Shown piece by piece: positions 9,878-19,605 of a DNA stretch of 32,000 nucleotides. How positions within the stretch are numbered: position 1 is the stretch's first letter; each line of letters begins with the position of its first letter. The notes beneath the pieces were generated by a model, which was given only the letters and a program-made list of their open reading frames with translations, had not been told where the DNA came from and made no database searches. Source of the stretch: Acidobacteriota bacterium (GTDB taxonomy: Bacteria; Acidobacteriota; JAAYUB01); assembly GCA_018001935.1 (NCBI GenBank), contig JAGNHB010000046.1, forward strand, positions 1 to 32,000, read 5' to 3'. The translations under genes and the position numbers were made by a program.

Positions 9878-10060
9878 GGGCGGATTCCTGCCATCTTGCG
9901 ATGTCGAGATCGACGGCGATTCCGATACCGACCCCGATGGGAAAGTTTCCGGACCTTCAGCCTATCGACCTTTCGACAGCGACTGCGATACCGATACCGA
10001 TTCCGACCCCGACCCCGACCCCGATGGGAATCCCTCCGGACCTACAGCCTACAGCCTAAA
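9878..10060. repeat. Dispersed intergenic element with GATACC/GACCCC hexamer-like tract
   Basis: gggcggattcctgccNtcttgcg is shared with 5158-5179; gcgataccgataccgattccgaccccgaccccgaccccgatgggaatccctccggacctacagcc is shared in part with 8860-8930. Confidence 0.7.
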
Positions 10061-10099
10061 CCCCTACAGCCTATATTGCTTTCCCCAACCCCGTGGGAG

Positions 10100-10876
10100 T
10101 CATCCCTCCAGCAGATCCACGATGGCGGCGGAGGCGGTGGTGACGGTGTGCTCCTCGCCCACGCGGAGGTCCTCGGCGGTGATGTTCTCGGAGAGCGCCC
10201 GGTTGACGATGATCCCGGCCACGCAGCCGCCGCGGAGCCCGAAGGCGCTGGTCAGGGTGAGGAGGGTGGCGGACTCCATCTCGTAGTTGAGCACGTGCAG
10301 CCGCTTCCACTCCTCCAGGGTGCCCTGGAAGCGCCGGGGCACGTATCCGGTAAAGGAGTCGTAACGCTCCTGGCCGGGGTAGAAGGTGTCGGAGGAGGCG
10401 GTGATGCCGCAGTGACAGGGGATGCCGTTCGCCGCCGCGGCCTTGCGCACGGCGTTGACCACGTCGATGTTGGCCACAGCGGGGTACTCGAGGGGGGCGT
10501 AGTGGGTGGAGGCGCCGTCCAGCCGAACCGACCCGGTGGTGCAGATCACGTCCCCTACCCGGATATTCTCCTGGATGGCGCCGGTGGTCCCCACCCGCAG
10601 GAAGGTGGTGATCCCCAGCATGGCCAGCTCCTCCACGGCGATGGAGGTGGACGGCCCGCCGATGCCGGTGGAGGTCACCAAGACCGCCTTGCCCGGGAGG
10701 CGGCAGAGGAAGGTCCGGTACTCGCGTTTCCAGGCCAGTTCCTCGATCTCCCCGCCGTGCATCTCGCGGACGGCCTCGGCGATTTTCCCCACACGGAAGG
10801 GGTCGCCCGGCAGGAGGGCCAGGGTGGCGCCTTCCAGTTGCGGTTTTTCCAGGTTCACGTGATAGATCTTGCCCAT
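10100..10876 (-). CDS. udp: Uridine phosphorylase / nucleoside phosphorylase family
   Basis: MGKIYHVNLEKPQLEGATLALLPGDPFRVGKIAE, VTSTGIGGPSTSIAVEELAMLGITTFLRVGTTGAIQ, YEMESATLLTLTSAFGLRGGCVAGIIVNR. Start refined to ATG at 10874-10876. Confidence 0.9.
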   Translation of the reverse strand: MGKIYHVNLEKPQLEGATLALLPGDPFRVGKIAEAVREMHGGEIEELAWKREYRTFLCRLPGKAVLVTSTGIGGPSTSIAVEELAMLGITTFLRVGTTGAIQENIRVGDVICTTGSVRLDGASTHYAPLEYPAVANIDVVNAVRKAAAANGIPCHCGITASSDTFYPGQERYDSFTGYVPRRFQGTLEEWKRLHVLNYEMESATLLTLTSAFGLRGGCVAGIIVNRALSENITAEDLRVGEEHTVTTASAAIVDLLEG

Positions 10877-11096
10877 GAGTTCACCTCGGTCGGAAATGTG
10901 CGCCACGCCGCCGGGGACGGCAGGGCGGGGCCTTGACGGGGCCGGCGCCTGCGGGGGACGTGACGGGCGCCATTGTACGCCAAAACCGCCGCGAAGCAAA
11001 CGGGCAAAATCCGCTCGCCGGCGCGCCCGTCTTGCGGCGGTCCCGGAATCGTGTTATTCTGGGGCTTCGACCCGACACCCGAACACAGGAGGTTCC

Positions 11097-12257
11097 ATGT
11101 TTGTATTCCAGGGATGCGACGTCTTCGGCCCCGAGCCGCTCGGCCGCAAGGACGTTCTGACCGCCGGCGGGCGCTTCGTCGCCGTCGCCGACCGGATCGA
11201 CGCCCCCGCCCTGCCGGGCTGCACGGTGATCGACGCCGCGGGGCTGAAGATGGTGCCCGGCCTCATCGACGGGCACGTGCACATCGCCGGCGCCGGCGGG
11301 GAGGGCGGGCCGGCCACCCGGACGCCGGAACTCCGCCTCTCCCAGCTCCTGGACGGCGGCGTCACCACCGTCATCGGCTGCCTGGGCACCGACGGCATCG
11401 CCCGCACCGTGGACGGCGTCCTCATGAAGGCGAAGGCGCTGAAGGCCGAGGGGGTCTCCTGCTGGATCTACACGGGTGCCTACCAGCTCCCTGTCCCCAC
11501 GATCACCGGGGACCCCGGCCGCGACATCGCCCTGGTCGAGGAAGTGATCGGGGTGGGCGAGGTGGCGATCTCGGACCACCGCTCCTCGGGCCCCACGGTC
11601 GACGAGCTGATCCACCTCGTCGGGCGCGCCCGCGTGGGCGGCATGCTGGGCGGGAAGGCCGGTATCGTCTGCTTCCACATGGGCGACGCGAAGGACCCCT
11701 TCCGCATTCTCTACCAGGTCGCGGAGCGCAGCGAACTGAAGCTCACCCAGTTCGTCCCCACCCACGTCAACCGCAACGACTACATCTTCGAGGACGCCAA
11801 GACCTACGGCAAGACCGGCTACGTGGACCTCACGGCCAGCTCCTACCCCTACTACCCCCAGTACGAGGTCAAACCCTCGAAGGCCGTGGTGCAGCTGGTG
11901 GAGGCCGGGGTCCCGCTGGAGCACATCACCCTGTCGTCGGACGCCATCGGGTCGCTCCCCGACTTCGACGCCCAGGGCAACCTGATCAAGCTGGACGTGG
12001 GCGAGCCGAAGTCCATCTTCACGGAACTGGTGGACCTGGCCACCACGGAGGGCTTCCCCCTGGAGAAGGCCCTGAGCATCGTCACCTCCAACGTGGCCCG
12101 GATCCTCCGGCTGCCGCGCAAGGGGCGGATCGCGCCCGGCTTCGACGCCGACGCGGTCTTCCTCGACGCCGACTGGCGCATCCGCCACCTGGTGGCAAGG
12201 GGGGAACTCATGATCCGGGACGCCGAGCGGCTCCGGAAAGGCACATTTGAACGCTGA
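11097..12257 (+). CDS. iadA: Isoaspartyl dipeptidase (beta-aspartyl peptidase)-like amidohydrolase
   Basis: MFVFQGCDVFGPEPLGRKDVLTAGG, VPGLIDGHVHIAGAGGEGG, THVNRNDYIFEDA, LSSDAIGSLPDFD; AGGAGG-like RBS at about 11088 upstream of ATG 11097. Confidence 0.82.
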   Translation: MFVFQGCDVFGPEPLGRKDVLTAGGRFVAVADRIDAPALPGCTVIDAAGLKMVPGLIDGHVHIAGAGGEGGPATRTPELRLSQLLDGGVTTVIGCLGTDGIARTVDGVLMKAKALKAEGVSCWIYTGAYQLPVPTITGDPGRDIALVEEVIGVGEVAISDHRSSGPTVDELIHLVGRARVGGMLGGKAGIVCFHMGDAKDPFRILYQVAERSELKLTQFVPTHVNRNDYIFEDAKTYGKTGYVDLTASSYPYYPQYEVKPSKAVVQLVEAGVPLEHITLSSDAIGSLPDFDAQGNLIKLDVGEPKSIFTELVDLATTEGFPLEKALSIVTSNVARILRLPRKGRIAPGFDADAVFLDADWRIRHLVARGELMIRDAERLRKGTFER

Positions 12258-12271
12258 AGGAAGGAGGGATC

Positions 12272-13138
12272 ATGCCCGTCACCCGACCCGTCATCACGCT
12301 CATCACCGACTTCGGAACCATCGACGCCTACGTGGCCGCCATGAAGGGCGTCATCCTGTCCATCGAGCCCGGCGCCCGCATGGTGGACATCTCCCACGAC
12401 ATCCCGCGGGGGGACGTTCAGCACGCCGCCTGGGTCCTGGCCCAAAGCTACCCCTGGTTCCCCAACGACTCCCTGCATGTCGTGGTGGTGGACCCCGGCG
12501 TGGGCGGCGCCCGCCGGCCGATCCTGGTCTCCACGGAGAACCACTTCTTCCTGGCGCCCGACAACGGCGTGCTCTCCTGGGTCTACCGGCGGGAGGAACT
12601 CTACGGGGCCTGGGAGCTGACGGAGACGGAGTTTTTCCGCAACCCCGTCAGCATGACCTTCCACGGCCGCGACATCTTCGCCGCCGTGGCCGGGTGGATG
12701 TTCAAGGGCCTGGACAGCAGCCGCTTCGGGGAGCCCATCGAGGACCACGCCGGGCTGTCGAGGTTCGAGATCCCCGTGCCCGTCGAGCTCCGGCCCAAGG
12801 TATGGAAGGGCGCCATCCTGCACGTGGACCGCTTCGGGAACCTCCTGACCAACCTCACCACCCGGGAAATCCCCATCGAGGAGAACGGCCTTCCCGCCGC
12901 CCAACTGATCAAGACGAAGGCCGGGGAATTCCGGCAGGTCAGCCGCTGCTACGAGGAGGGCGACCCCGGCACGCCCGCCCTGGTCCTGGGCGGGACCGGC
13001 TTCTACGAGATCGCCGTCCGGAACGAGTCCGCGGCGGCCGTCCTGGGCCTGAGCCGCGGCAACGAGGTCGCCGTCCTGGTCAAGACCGATTTCAAGGAGT
13101 TCACGCCCGAGGAAGAAGACCGCTCCTTCCTGATCTGA
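12272..13138 (+). CDS. S-adenosyl-L-methionine hydroxide adenosyltransferase family (DUF62) protein
   Basis: VITLITDFGTIDAYVAAMKGVILSIEPGARMVDISHDIP, VVVVDPGVGG, FLAPDNGVLSWV, HGRDIFAAVAGWM, VDRFGNLLTNL. Confidence 0.92.
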   Translation: MPVTRPVITLITDFGTIDAYVAAMKGVILSIEPGARMVDISHDIPRGDVQHAAWVLAQSYPWFPNDSLHVVVVDPGVGGARRPILVSTENHFFLAPDNGVLSWVYRREELYGAWELTETEFFRNPVSMTFHGRDIFAAVAGWMFKGLDSSRFGEPIEDHAGLSRFEIPVPVELRPKVWKGAILHVDRFGNLLTNLTTREIPIEENGLPAAQLIKTKAGEFRQVSRCYEEGDPGTPALVLGGTGFYEIAVRNESAAAVLGLSRGNEVAVLVKTDFKEFTPEEEDRSFLI

Positions 13139-13157
13139 CCGACCCCGGAGGTCGTGC

Positions 13158-14705
13158 ATGGCCCTCGTCACCTTCACCCTCAACGGCCGAAGCCTGCAGG
13201 CGGAAGCGGGGCGGATGCTGCTCCCGGTGGCCCTGGAGAACGGCATCCACATCCCGCACTACTGCTATCACCCCGGCCTGTCCGTCTCCGGGAACTGCCG
13301 GATGTGCCTGGTGGAGATCGAGGGCGTCCCCAAGCTGCAGACCGCGTGCTCCACGGCGGTTCGCGAGGGGATGGCGGCCCGGAGCGACACGGACCGGGTG
13401 AAGCGGGCGGTGCGGCACGTCCTGGAGTTTCTGCTCATCAACCACCCCGTGGACTGCCCCGTCTGCGACCAGGCGGGCGAGTGCGGCCTTCAGGAGTACT
13501 ACATGAGCGTGGGCCGCTACGACAGCCGTTTCGCCGAGGACAAGGTGACCAAGGCGAAGAAGGCCGCCCCCATCGGCCGGTGGATCGTCCTCGACCAGGA
13601 GCGCTGCATCCTCTGCTCCCGCTGCGTCCGGTTCACCCGGGAGGTGTCCCGCACCGGCGACCTGGCCATCTTCAACCGTGGGGACCACGCGGAAATCGAC
13701 GTGATGCCGGGGAAGACGCTCTCGGGGCGTTACACGGGCAACCTGGCCGACGTCTGCCCCGTGGGAGCCCTCACCTGCCGGGACTTCCGGTTCAAGTGCC
13801 GGGTCTGGTACCTCCGGCGGACCCCGTCCGTCTGCACTGGGTGCGCCCGGGGGTGCAACGTGGAGATCCACACCAACCCCGACCGGCCCCAGCACGGCGA
13901 GGCCCGCCGCGTCATGCGCCTGAAGCCCCGCCCCAACCCCGACGTCAACGGGCACTGGCTGTGCGACGACGGGCGCTACGGTTACGGCTTCATCGACGAG
14001 GGCCGGCTGGCCCACGCCGCCATCCGGTCGGAAACCGGCCTGCAGCCGGTCCGGCTGCGGGAGGCCATCGACCTGCTCGGCCAGTGGGTAGAGGAGACCG
14101 ACCGGGAGCATTTGCTCTACGTCCTGTCGCCGAAGTCCTCCAACGAGGAGCTCTTCGCCGTCCGCAAGCTCTTCGCCGAGACCCTGAAGGCCGGTTGCGT
14201 TCTTCCCTCCGCCGGGATGAAGACCGGCGACGCGGACGACCTCCTCGTCCACGAGGACAAGCACCCCAACAGCCGGGGGGCCATGGAGATCTTCTCGTTC
14301 CTGGAGGACGAGCTCCTCTCCGAAGAGGCCCTGGCGGGTCTGATCCGGGAGAAGAGCGTCCGCCTGCTGGTCCTCGACCGGTGCGAGCTGCCGGACGGCC
14401 TCCCGGGCGAACTGGCCGCGGCGGGCTGCCGCCTCGTCTGGGTGGGGACCAACCGCAGCCGGACGGCCGAGGCCGTGGACCTGGTGATCCCCGCGGCCGT
14501 CCACGCGGAGCAGGACGGGTCTTTCGTCAATTCGGCCGGGCTCGTCCAGCACTTTCGCAAGGCCCTCGACCCCCTCGGCGAGTCCGAGCCCGAGTGGACT
14601 CTGTGGAGCCGCCTCGCCCGCCGGCTGGGGTGCAAGGTGAACTACACCTCGGCCCGCCGGGCCCACCTGGACCTGCGGAAGACCCTGCCCTTCTTCGCCG
14701 GGTGA
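13158..14705 (+). CDS. NuoG-like (2Fe-2S ferredoxin / NADH-quinone oxidoreductase chain G) Fe-S protein
   Basis: HYCYHPGLSVSGNCRMCLVEIEG [2Fe-2S]; LLINHPVDCPVCDQAGECGLQ; CILCSRCVRFTREV...NLADVCPVGALT; CTGCARGCNVEIHT. 515 aa, shorter than full-length NuoG; no other nuo genes adjacent. Confidence 0.88.
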   Translation: MALVTFTLNGRSLQAEAGRMLLPVALENGIHIPHYCYHPGLSVSGNCRMCLVEIEGVPKLQTACSTAVREGMAARSDTDRVKRAVRHVLEFLLINHPVDCPVCDQAGECGLQEYYMSVGRYDSRFAEDKVTKAKKAAPIGRWIVLDQERCILCSRCVRFTREVSRTGDLAIFNRGDHAEIDVMPGKTLSGRYTGNLADVCPVGALTCRDFRFKCRVWYLRRTPSVCTGCARGCNVEIHTNPDRPQHGEARRVMRLKPRPNPDVNGHWLCDDGRYGYGFIDEGRLAHAAIRSETGLQPVRLREAIDLLGQWVEETDREHLLYVLSPKSSNEELFAVRKLFAETLKAGCVLPSAGMKTGDADDLLVHEDKHPNSRGAMEIFSFLEDELLSEEALAGLIREKSVRLLVLDRCELPDGLPGELAAAGCRLVWVGTNRSRTAEAVDLVIPAAVHAEQDGSFVNSAGLVQHFRKALDPLGESEPEWTLWSRLARRLGCKVNYTSARRAHLDLRKTLPFFAG

Positions 14706-14746
14706 CGCCGGCCGCCCCGCGCCGTTCCCCCGGCTTCGGAGAGACC

Positions 14747-16822
14747 ATGCACTTCGACCGCGCCAGGGCACTCGAACTCCTCCGGTTGGGCACGGGCCTT
14801 CCGGACGCCCGGTTCCGGGAGGGCCAGGAGGAGGCGATCCGCCACGTGACGGAGGGCCGGGGCCGGCTGCTGGTGGTCCAGCGGACGGGCTGGGGGAAGA
14901 GCTTCGTCTACTTCATCGCGACCAAGCTGCTCCGGGAGGCCGGCCAGGGCCCCACGCTGCTCGTCTCCCCCCTGCTGGCCCTGATGCGCAACCAGATCGC
15001 GGCGGCGGTCCGGATGGGCGTGCGGGCGCTCACCATCCACTCCGAGAACCCGGAGGAGTGGGCGTCGGTGGAAAGCGCCATCCGGCACGACGAGGCGGAC
15101 ATCCTCCTGATCTCGCCGGAGCGACTGGCGAACCCCCGCTTCTGTGGCGAGGTGCTGTCCTTCGTCGCGGGCCGGATCGCCCTGCTGGTGGTGGACGAAA
15201 CCCACTGCATCTCCGACTGGGGGCACGATTTCAGGCCCCATTACCGCCTGCTGGAGCGAACGGTGAAGACGCTCCCGCCAAACACCCGCCTGCTGGCGAC
15301 GACCGCCACGGCGAACAACCGCGTGATGGAGGACCTGCAGACCGTCCTCGGGCCAAACCTCACCATCAACCGGGGGAACCTCGACCGGCCGTCCCTCCGG
15401 CTCCAGACCCTGCGGCTGCCCAGCCAGGCCGAGCGGCTGGCCTGGTTGGCCGCGCAGTTGCCCCGTCTTCCCGGCAGCGGGATCGTCTATACGCTGACGG
15501 TCCGCGACGCCGAGCGGGTCGCGGCCTGGCTCCGGTCCCGGGGAATCGAGGTGGCCGCCTACACCAGCGAGACGGGCGAGGCCCGCCCCGAGCTGGAGCA
15601 GGCCCTCCTGGACAACCGGGTCAAGGCGCTGGTGGCCACGCCGGCGCTGGGCATGGGCTTCGACAAGCCGGACCTGGCGTTCGTGATCCACTACCAGGCG
15701 CCAGCGTCGGTGGTGACCTACTACCAGCAGGTCGGCCGCGCGGGCCGCGCCCTCGACACGGCTTACGGGGTGCTGCTGAGCGGGGAGGAGGAGACGGAGA
15801 TCACGAGCTGGTTCATCGAGAGCGCGTTCCCCTCGAGGGAGGAGGTCCGCTGCGTGCTCGAGGCGCTGGAAGCGGCGCCGGCAGGGCTTTCCGTCCCCGA
15901 GATGATGACGCGGGTGAACCTGAGCATGGGCCGCATCGAGAAGGCCCTCGCCCTGATCTCGCTGGAATCGCCCACCCCCATCGCGAAACAGGGCGTCCGG
16001 TGGCAGTTGACGGCCGGCCGGCTGAGCGAGGCCTTCTGGGAACGAGCCCGGCGGCTGAACCTCAAGCGCCGGGAGGAGCAGCGCCAGATGCAGGATTACG
16101 TGGCCCTCGCGTCCGGGCACATGGCGTTCCTCATCCGGGCGCTCGACGGCGAACCGGCGGCGGATCGCCCGAACGATCCCGCACCCTTCGACGAGGTCAT
16201 CGACCCGGCCCTGGTCCGGGACGCCGTCGCCTTCCTCCGACGAATGAACCTCCCCATCGAAGCGCGAATCCAGTGGCCGGCCGGCGGGATACCGAAGTAC
16301 GGCCTCCGGGGGCGGATCGACCCGAAGCTGCGGGCGCAGGCCGGCCGGGCGCTCTGTGTGTGGGGCGACGCCGGTTGGGGCCGCCTGGTCAGCCGGGGCA
16401 AATACCACGACCGGCACTACGCCGACGAGTTGGTGGAGGCCGCGTCCAGCCTCCTGCGGGAGTGGGCCCCGGAACCGTTCCCGGAGTGGGTCGCCTGCGT
16501 GCCCTCCCTTCGCCATCCGGAACTGGTGCCGGACTTCGCCCGCCGGCTGGCGGCCGCGCTGGGGCTGCCCTTCGGGGACGCCCTCGAAAAAACCGGCGAA
16601 CGCCCCGAGCAGAAGAGCATGGCCAATAGCATCCAGCAGGCCCGCAACGTTGACGGGTCCCTGGGGGTGCGGACCGGGGCCGTGCGCGGCGGGCCGGTGC
16701 TGCTCGTGGACGACATGGTGGACTCGCGGTGGACCTTCACTATCGCGGCATGGCTGCTGCGATCCCACGGCAGCGGGGAGGTCCGGCCTTTCGCACTCGC
16801 ACAGACGGGGCATGACCGATGA
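14747..16822 (+). CDS. RecQ-family superfamily II DNA helicase with C-terminal phosphoribosyltransferase-like domain
   Basis: In-frame ATG at 14747 inside ORF 13154..16822. [12 protein letters not shown], Walker [56 protein letters not shown]; C-terminal [25 protein letters not shown] resembles the PRPP-binding loop of type I PRTases (ComF-like). Confidence 0.88.
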   Translation: MHFDRARALELLRLGTGLPDARFREGQEEAIRHVTEGRGRLLVVQRTGWGKSFVYFIATKLLREAGQGPTLLVSPLLALMRNQIAAAVRMGVRALTIHSENPEEWASVESAIRHDEADILLISPERLANPRFCGEVLSFVAGRIALLVVDETHCISDWGHDFRPHYRLLERTVKTLPPNTRLLATTATANNRVMEDLQTVLGPNLTINRGNLDRPSLRLQTLRLPSQAERLAWLAAQLPRLPGSGIVYTLTVRDAERVAAWLRSRGIEVAAYTSETGEARPELEQALLDNRVKALVATPALGMGFDKPDLAFVIHYQAPASVVTYYQQVGRAGRALDTAYGVLLSGEEETEITSWFIESAFPSREEVRCVLEALEAAPAGLSVPEMMTRVNLSMGRIEKALALISLESPTPIAKQGVRWQLTAGRLSEAFWERARRLNLKRREEQRQMQDYVALASGHMAFLIRALDGEPAADRPNDPAPFDEVIDPALVRDAVAFLRRMNLPIEARIQWPAGGIPKYGLRGRIDPKLRAQAGRALCVWGDAGWGRLVSRGKYHDRHYADELVEAASSLLREWAPEPFPEWVACVPSLRHPELVPDFARRLAAALGLPFGDALEKTGERPEQKSMANSIQQARNVDGSLGVRTGAVRGGPVLLVDDMVDSRWTFTIAAWLLRSHGSGEVRPFALAQTGHDR

Positions 16823-18129
16823 ACGAAACGCTTTCCCCCAACACCCAGGCGGTTCTCCTTCTGACCGCCCCCCTCCTGGCCGGACGGGCCGGGCCGTCAC
16901 CCGACGTTCTGACACCGGGGGAGTACAAGCGTTTGGCGCGCTTCCTCCAGGAGCGGAAGCGCCAGCCATCCGACCTGTTGTCACCGGACGGCCCGGGGCT
17001 GGCCGCGGAGTGCGGGCGGGTCGTCGACCCCGGCAGGCTCCAGCGCCTCCTCTCCCGGGGCTTCCTGCTGAGCCAGGCGGTGGAACGCTGGCAGGCCCGG
17101 GCGATTCGGGTGGTGAGCCGCTCCGACGCCGCATACCCCCAGCGCTTGAAGTCCCGGCTCCGCGAGGATTCCCCCCCGCTGCTCTACGGTTGTGGGGATT
17201 TCTCGCGGCTCGACGCGGGCGGACTGGCCATCGTGGGCTCCCGTCACGTGGATGCGGCGCTCGCCGCCTGGGCCGAGTCCGCCGGCCGGCTGGCGGCGGA
17301 GACGGGGCGCCCCCTCGTCTCGGGCGGGGCGCGGGGGATCGACCAGGCCGCCATGCGCGGCGCCCTGGAAGCGGGAGGGAGCACGGTGGGCGTCCTGGCG
17401 GACAGCCTGGAACGTTCCGTCCTGGAACGGGAGAACCGGAACCTCCTGCTGGACGGCCGCCTGACCCTGGTTTCGCCCTACGACCCCTCCGCCGGCTTCA
17501 ACGTGGGAAACGCCATGCAGCGGAACAAGCTGGTCTACGCCCTGTCGGACGCGGCCCTCGTGGTCAGTTCCGACCTCGCGAAGGGAGGGACCTGGTCGGG
17601 GGCCGTGGAACAGCTGGACAAGTTGAGACTCGTGCCCGTCTTCGTCCGGGAAGACGGCCCGCCGAGCGAGGGGCTGGCCGCCCTGCGGCGCCGGGGCGCC
17701 CTGCCGTGGCCCTCCCCCTGCACGCCGGCCGCCCTGGAAGCCGCCCTCGCGTCGGCGGAGGCCGAGCGGCGGAAACCGGTCCCCCGGCAGGGCGACCTCT
17801 TCCAGGTGTTCGCGGGAGAACCCGGGACCGCCGCCCCTCCCCGCGACGACGTGCCGGCCGACCGACCCGCGCCCCCCGCTCCCGACGCTGACCCGGACCC
17901 CGGCCCCGCCCCGGCCGGATCCGCCGCCGAGGAGCTTTTCGCCAAGGTGCGGGAACTGCTCTGCCGGGTGCGGTCCCCCCGGGGCGTCACCGAGGTGGCG
18001 GAGGAGCTGAACGTCCTGAAGAGCCAGGCGAAGGCATGGCTGGACCGGCTCGTGGAGGACGGGGTGCTGGAGCTTCACGTCAAGCCCCTGCGGTACGGGC
18101 CGAAAACCCGCCGCAGCCTCCTGGACTAG
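16819..18129 (+). CDS. DprA/Smf-like DNA-processing protein (Rossmann/SLOG fold) with C-terminal winged-helix-like region
   Basis: [118 protein letters not shown]; ATGA overlap with the upstream helicase. Confidence 0.88.
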   Translation: MNETLSPNTQAVLLLTAPLLAGRAGPSPDVLTPGEYKRLARFLQERKRQPSDLLSPDGPGLAAECGRVVDPGRLQRLLSRGFLLSQAVERWQARAIRVVSRSDAAYPQRLKSRLREDSPPLLYGCGDFSRLDAGGLAIVGSRHVDAALAAWAESAGRLAAETGRPLVSGGARGIDQAAMRGALEAGGSTVGVLADSLERSVLERENRNLLLDGRLTLVSPYDPSAGFNVGNAMQRNKLVYALSDAALVVSSDLAKGGTWSGAVEQLDKLRLVPVFVREDGPPSEGLAALRRRGALPWPSPCTPAALEAALASAEAERRKPVPRQGDLFQVFAGEPGTAAPPRDDVPADRPAPPAPDADPDPGPAPAGSAAEELFAKVRELLCRVRSPRGVTEVAEELNVLKSQAKAWLDRLVEDGVLELHVKPLRYGPKTRRSLLD

Positions 18130-18139
18130 GGCCCGCGGT

Positions 18140-19120
18140 ATGGACCTGGCGACGTCGGAACGCGCTTTTCCCCTGCTCGGCGTGGTCGGGCCCACCGCCT
18201 CGGGGAAGAGCGCCCTGGCGGTGGAACTGGCCCGGCGCTTCGGCGGCGAGATCGTCAACTGCGACTCCATGCAAGTCTACCGTGGGCTGGACGTGGGCAC
18301 CGCCAAACCCGACGCCGGCCTCCGCCGGGAAATCCCCCACCACGTCCTGGACGTCGCCGACGTGGACGAGGTGTTCTCGGCCGGACGGTACCAGAAACTG
18401 GCCCGCGCGGCACTGGAAGACATCCGGTCCCGGGGGCGGCTGCCCGTGGTGGCGGGCGGGACGGGGTTCTACCTGCGGGCCCTTCTCTACGGCATCTTCG
18501 AGGGGCCGGGGCGGGACGAGGGGTTCCGCCGTCGCCTGCAGACCATCGTCGAACGCCGGGGGCCCGAGACCCTTCATCGCATCCTCGCCCGCCGCGACCC
18601 GGAATCCGCCCGACGGGTCACCCCCCGGGACCACCAGCGCCTCGCCCGCGCCCTGGAGGTGCTCCACCTGACCGGGCGCCCCATGAGCGAGCACTTCGGC
18701 GTCGCGGAGTCGCCCCTGGACGGCTTCTCTCCCCTCCTTCTCTGCCTGGGGCCGCCCAGGGCCGCGCTCTGCGAGCGGATCGACCGGCGCGTCCTCGAGA
18801 TGCTCGACGCCGGGTGGGTGGACGAGGTGCGCGCGCTCCTGGACCGGGGGGTCTCCCCGGCGTCCAAGGGGCTCGAGGCCATCGGGTACCGCGAGATCGT
18901 GGCGTTCCTTCGCGGCGAAGCGACCTGGCTCGCCACGGTGGAAGCCATCCGCGCCGCCACCCGCCGCTACGCCAAGCGCCAGCAGACGTGGTTCCGGAAA
19001 GAGCGGGACCTCGTGCGACTGGAGGGCTTCGGCGACGATCCCTCCCTCCGGGAAGCAGCCTTCCAGCAGGTGGAAACCCGGTTCCCACGCGCCGTCCCGG
19101 CGCGGGCCAATGGGGTGTGA
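18140..19120 (+). CDS. miaA: tRNA dimethylallyltransferase
   Basis: VVGPTASGKSALAVELARRFGGEIVNCDSMQVYRGLDVGTAKP, IPHHVLDVADVDEVFSAGRY, VVAGGTGFYLRALLYGI, AIGYREIVAFLRGE, RYAKRQQTWFRKE. Confidence 0.96.
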   Translation: MDLATSERAFPLLGVVGPTASGKSALAVELARRFGGEIVNCDSMQVYRGLDVGTAKPDAGLRREIPHHVLDVADVDEVFSAGRYQKLARAALEDIRSRGRLPVVAGGTGFYLRALLYGIFEGPGRDEGFRRRLQTIVERRGPETLHRILARRDPESARRVTPRDHQRLARALEVLHLTGRPMSEHFGVAESPLDGFSPLLLCLGPPRAALCERIDRRVLEMLDAGWVDEVRALLDRGVSPASKGLEAIGYREIVAFLRGEATWLATVEAIRAATRRYAKRQQTWFRKERDLVRLEGFGDDPSLREAAFQQVETRFPRAVPARANGV

Positions 19121-19148
19121 CGTTCCCGCGCGCCGTCCCGGCGCGGGC
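19081..19148. repeat. Two near-identical 27-nt GC-rich palindromic units, the first inside the 3' end of miaA
   Basis: gttcccacgcgccgtcccggcgcgggc (19081-19107) and gttcccgcgcgccgtcccggcgcgggc (19122-19148), one mismatch; CCCGCGC...GCGCGGG stem. Confidence 0.85.
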
Positions 19149-19605
19149 GTCTGAAGCTTTGACCCTCACGACGTCACCTCCGAAGGGAGGAACCGGGAAC
19201 CAGGACACCGGGACGCGGGCCCGTCAACGCGGGCGCCCGGAACGTTCTTCACCTTCTGAGGTGTTCCCTTTCGATGCAGACGAAAGGGTATGCCACGTTC
19301 CCTCCCCTGACGATGAGGTTCCTGTTGGTCAGATCGTTATGTCTAGCAGAAAACAAAGGTGTTGCGTTCAGTGTCATTATGTCCGCCTGATTTTACAGGC
19401 TTTGGATAGCATCTGGCACCCTGCCGTCGGGCGGTCCGAACAGCGCACTCTCCCCCAACAAAAGATTGAAAACCGCCGGGCGCGGGGCTAAGATAGCCCT
19501 TTTACCGGCCCGGGGGCCGCGGTGGGCGGGGGAGCCGCACGGAAGGCGGATCAAGGGGAGCGACGGACCCGGGCGCCGGTTCATCCTGCGCTTCAGGGAG
19601 TCGCC

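Noticed and set aside
8838-10060. Possible CRISPR-like repeats
   Set aside because: Hexamer-like degenerate tandem text without regular unique spacers.
13154-14746. Upstream half of the 1222-aa + ORF ending at 16822
   Set aside because: Overlaps the NuoG-like gene in another frame with no motifs; the helicase sequence starts at the in-frame ATG at 14747.
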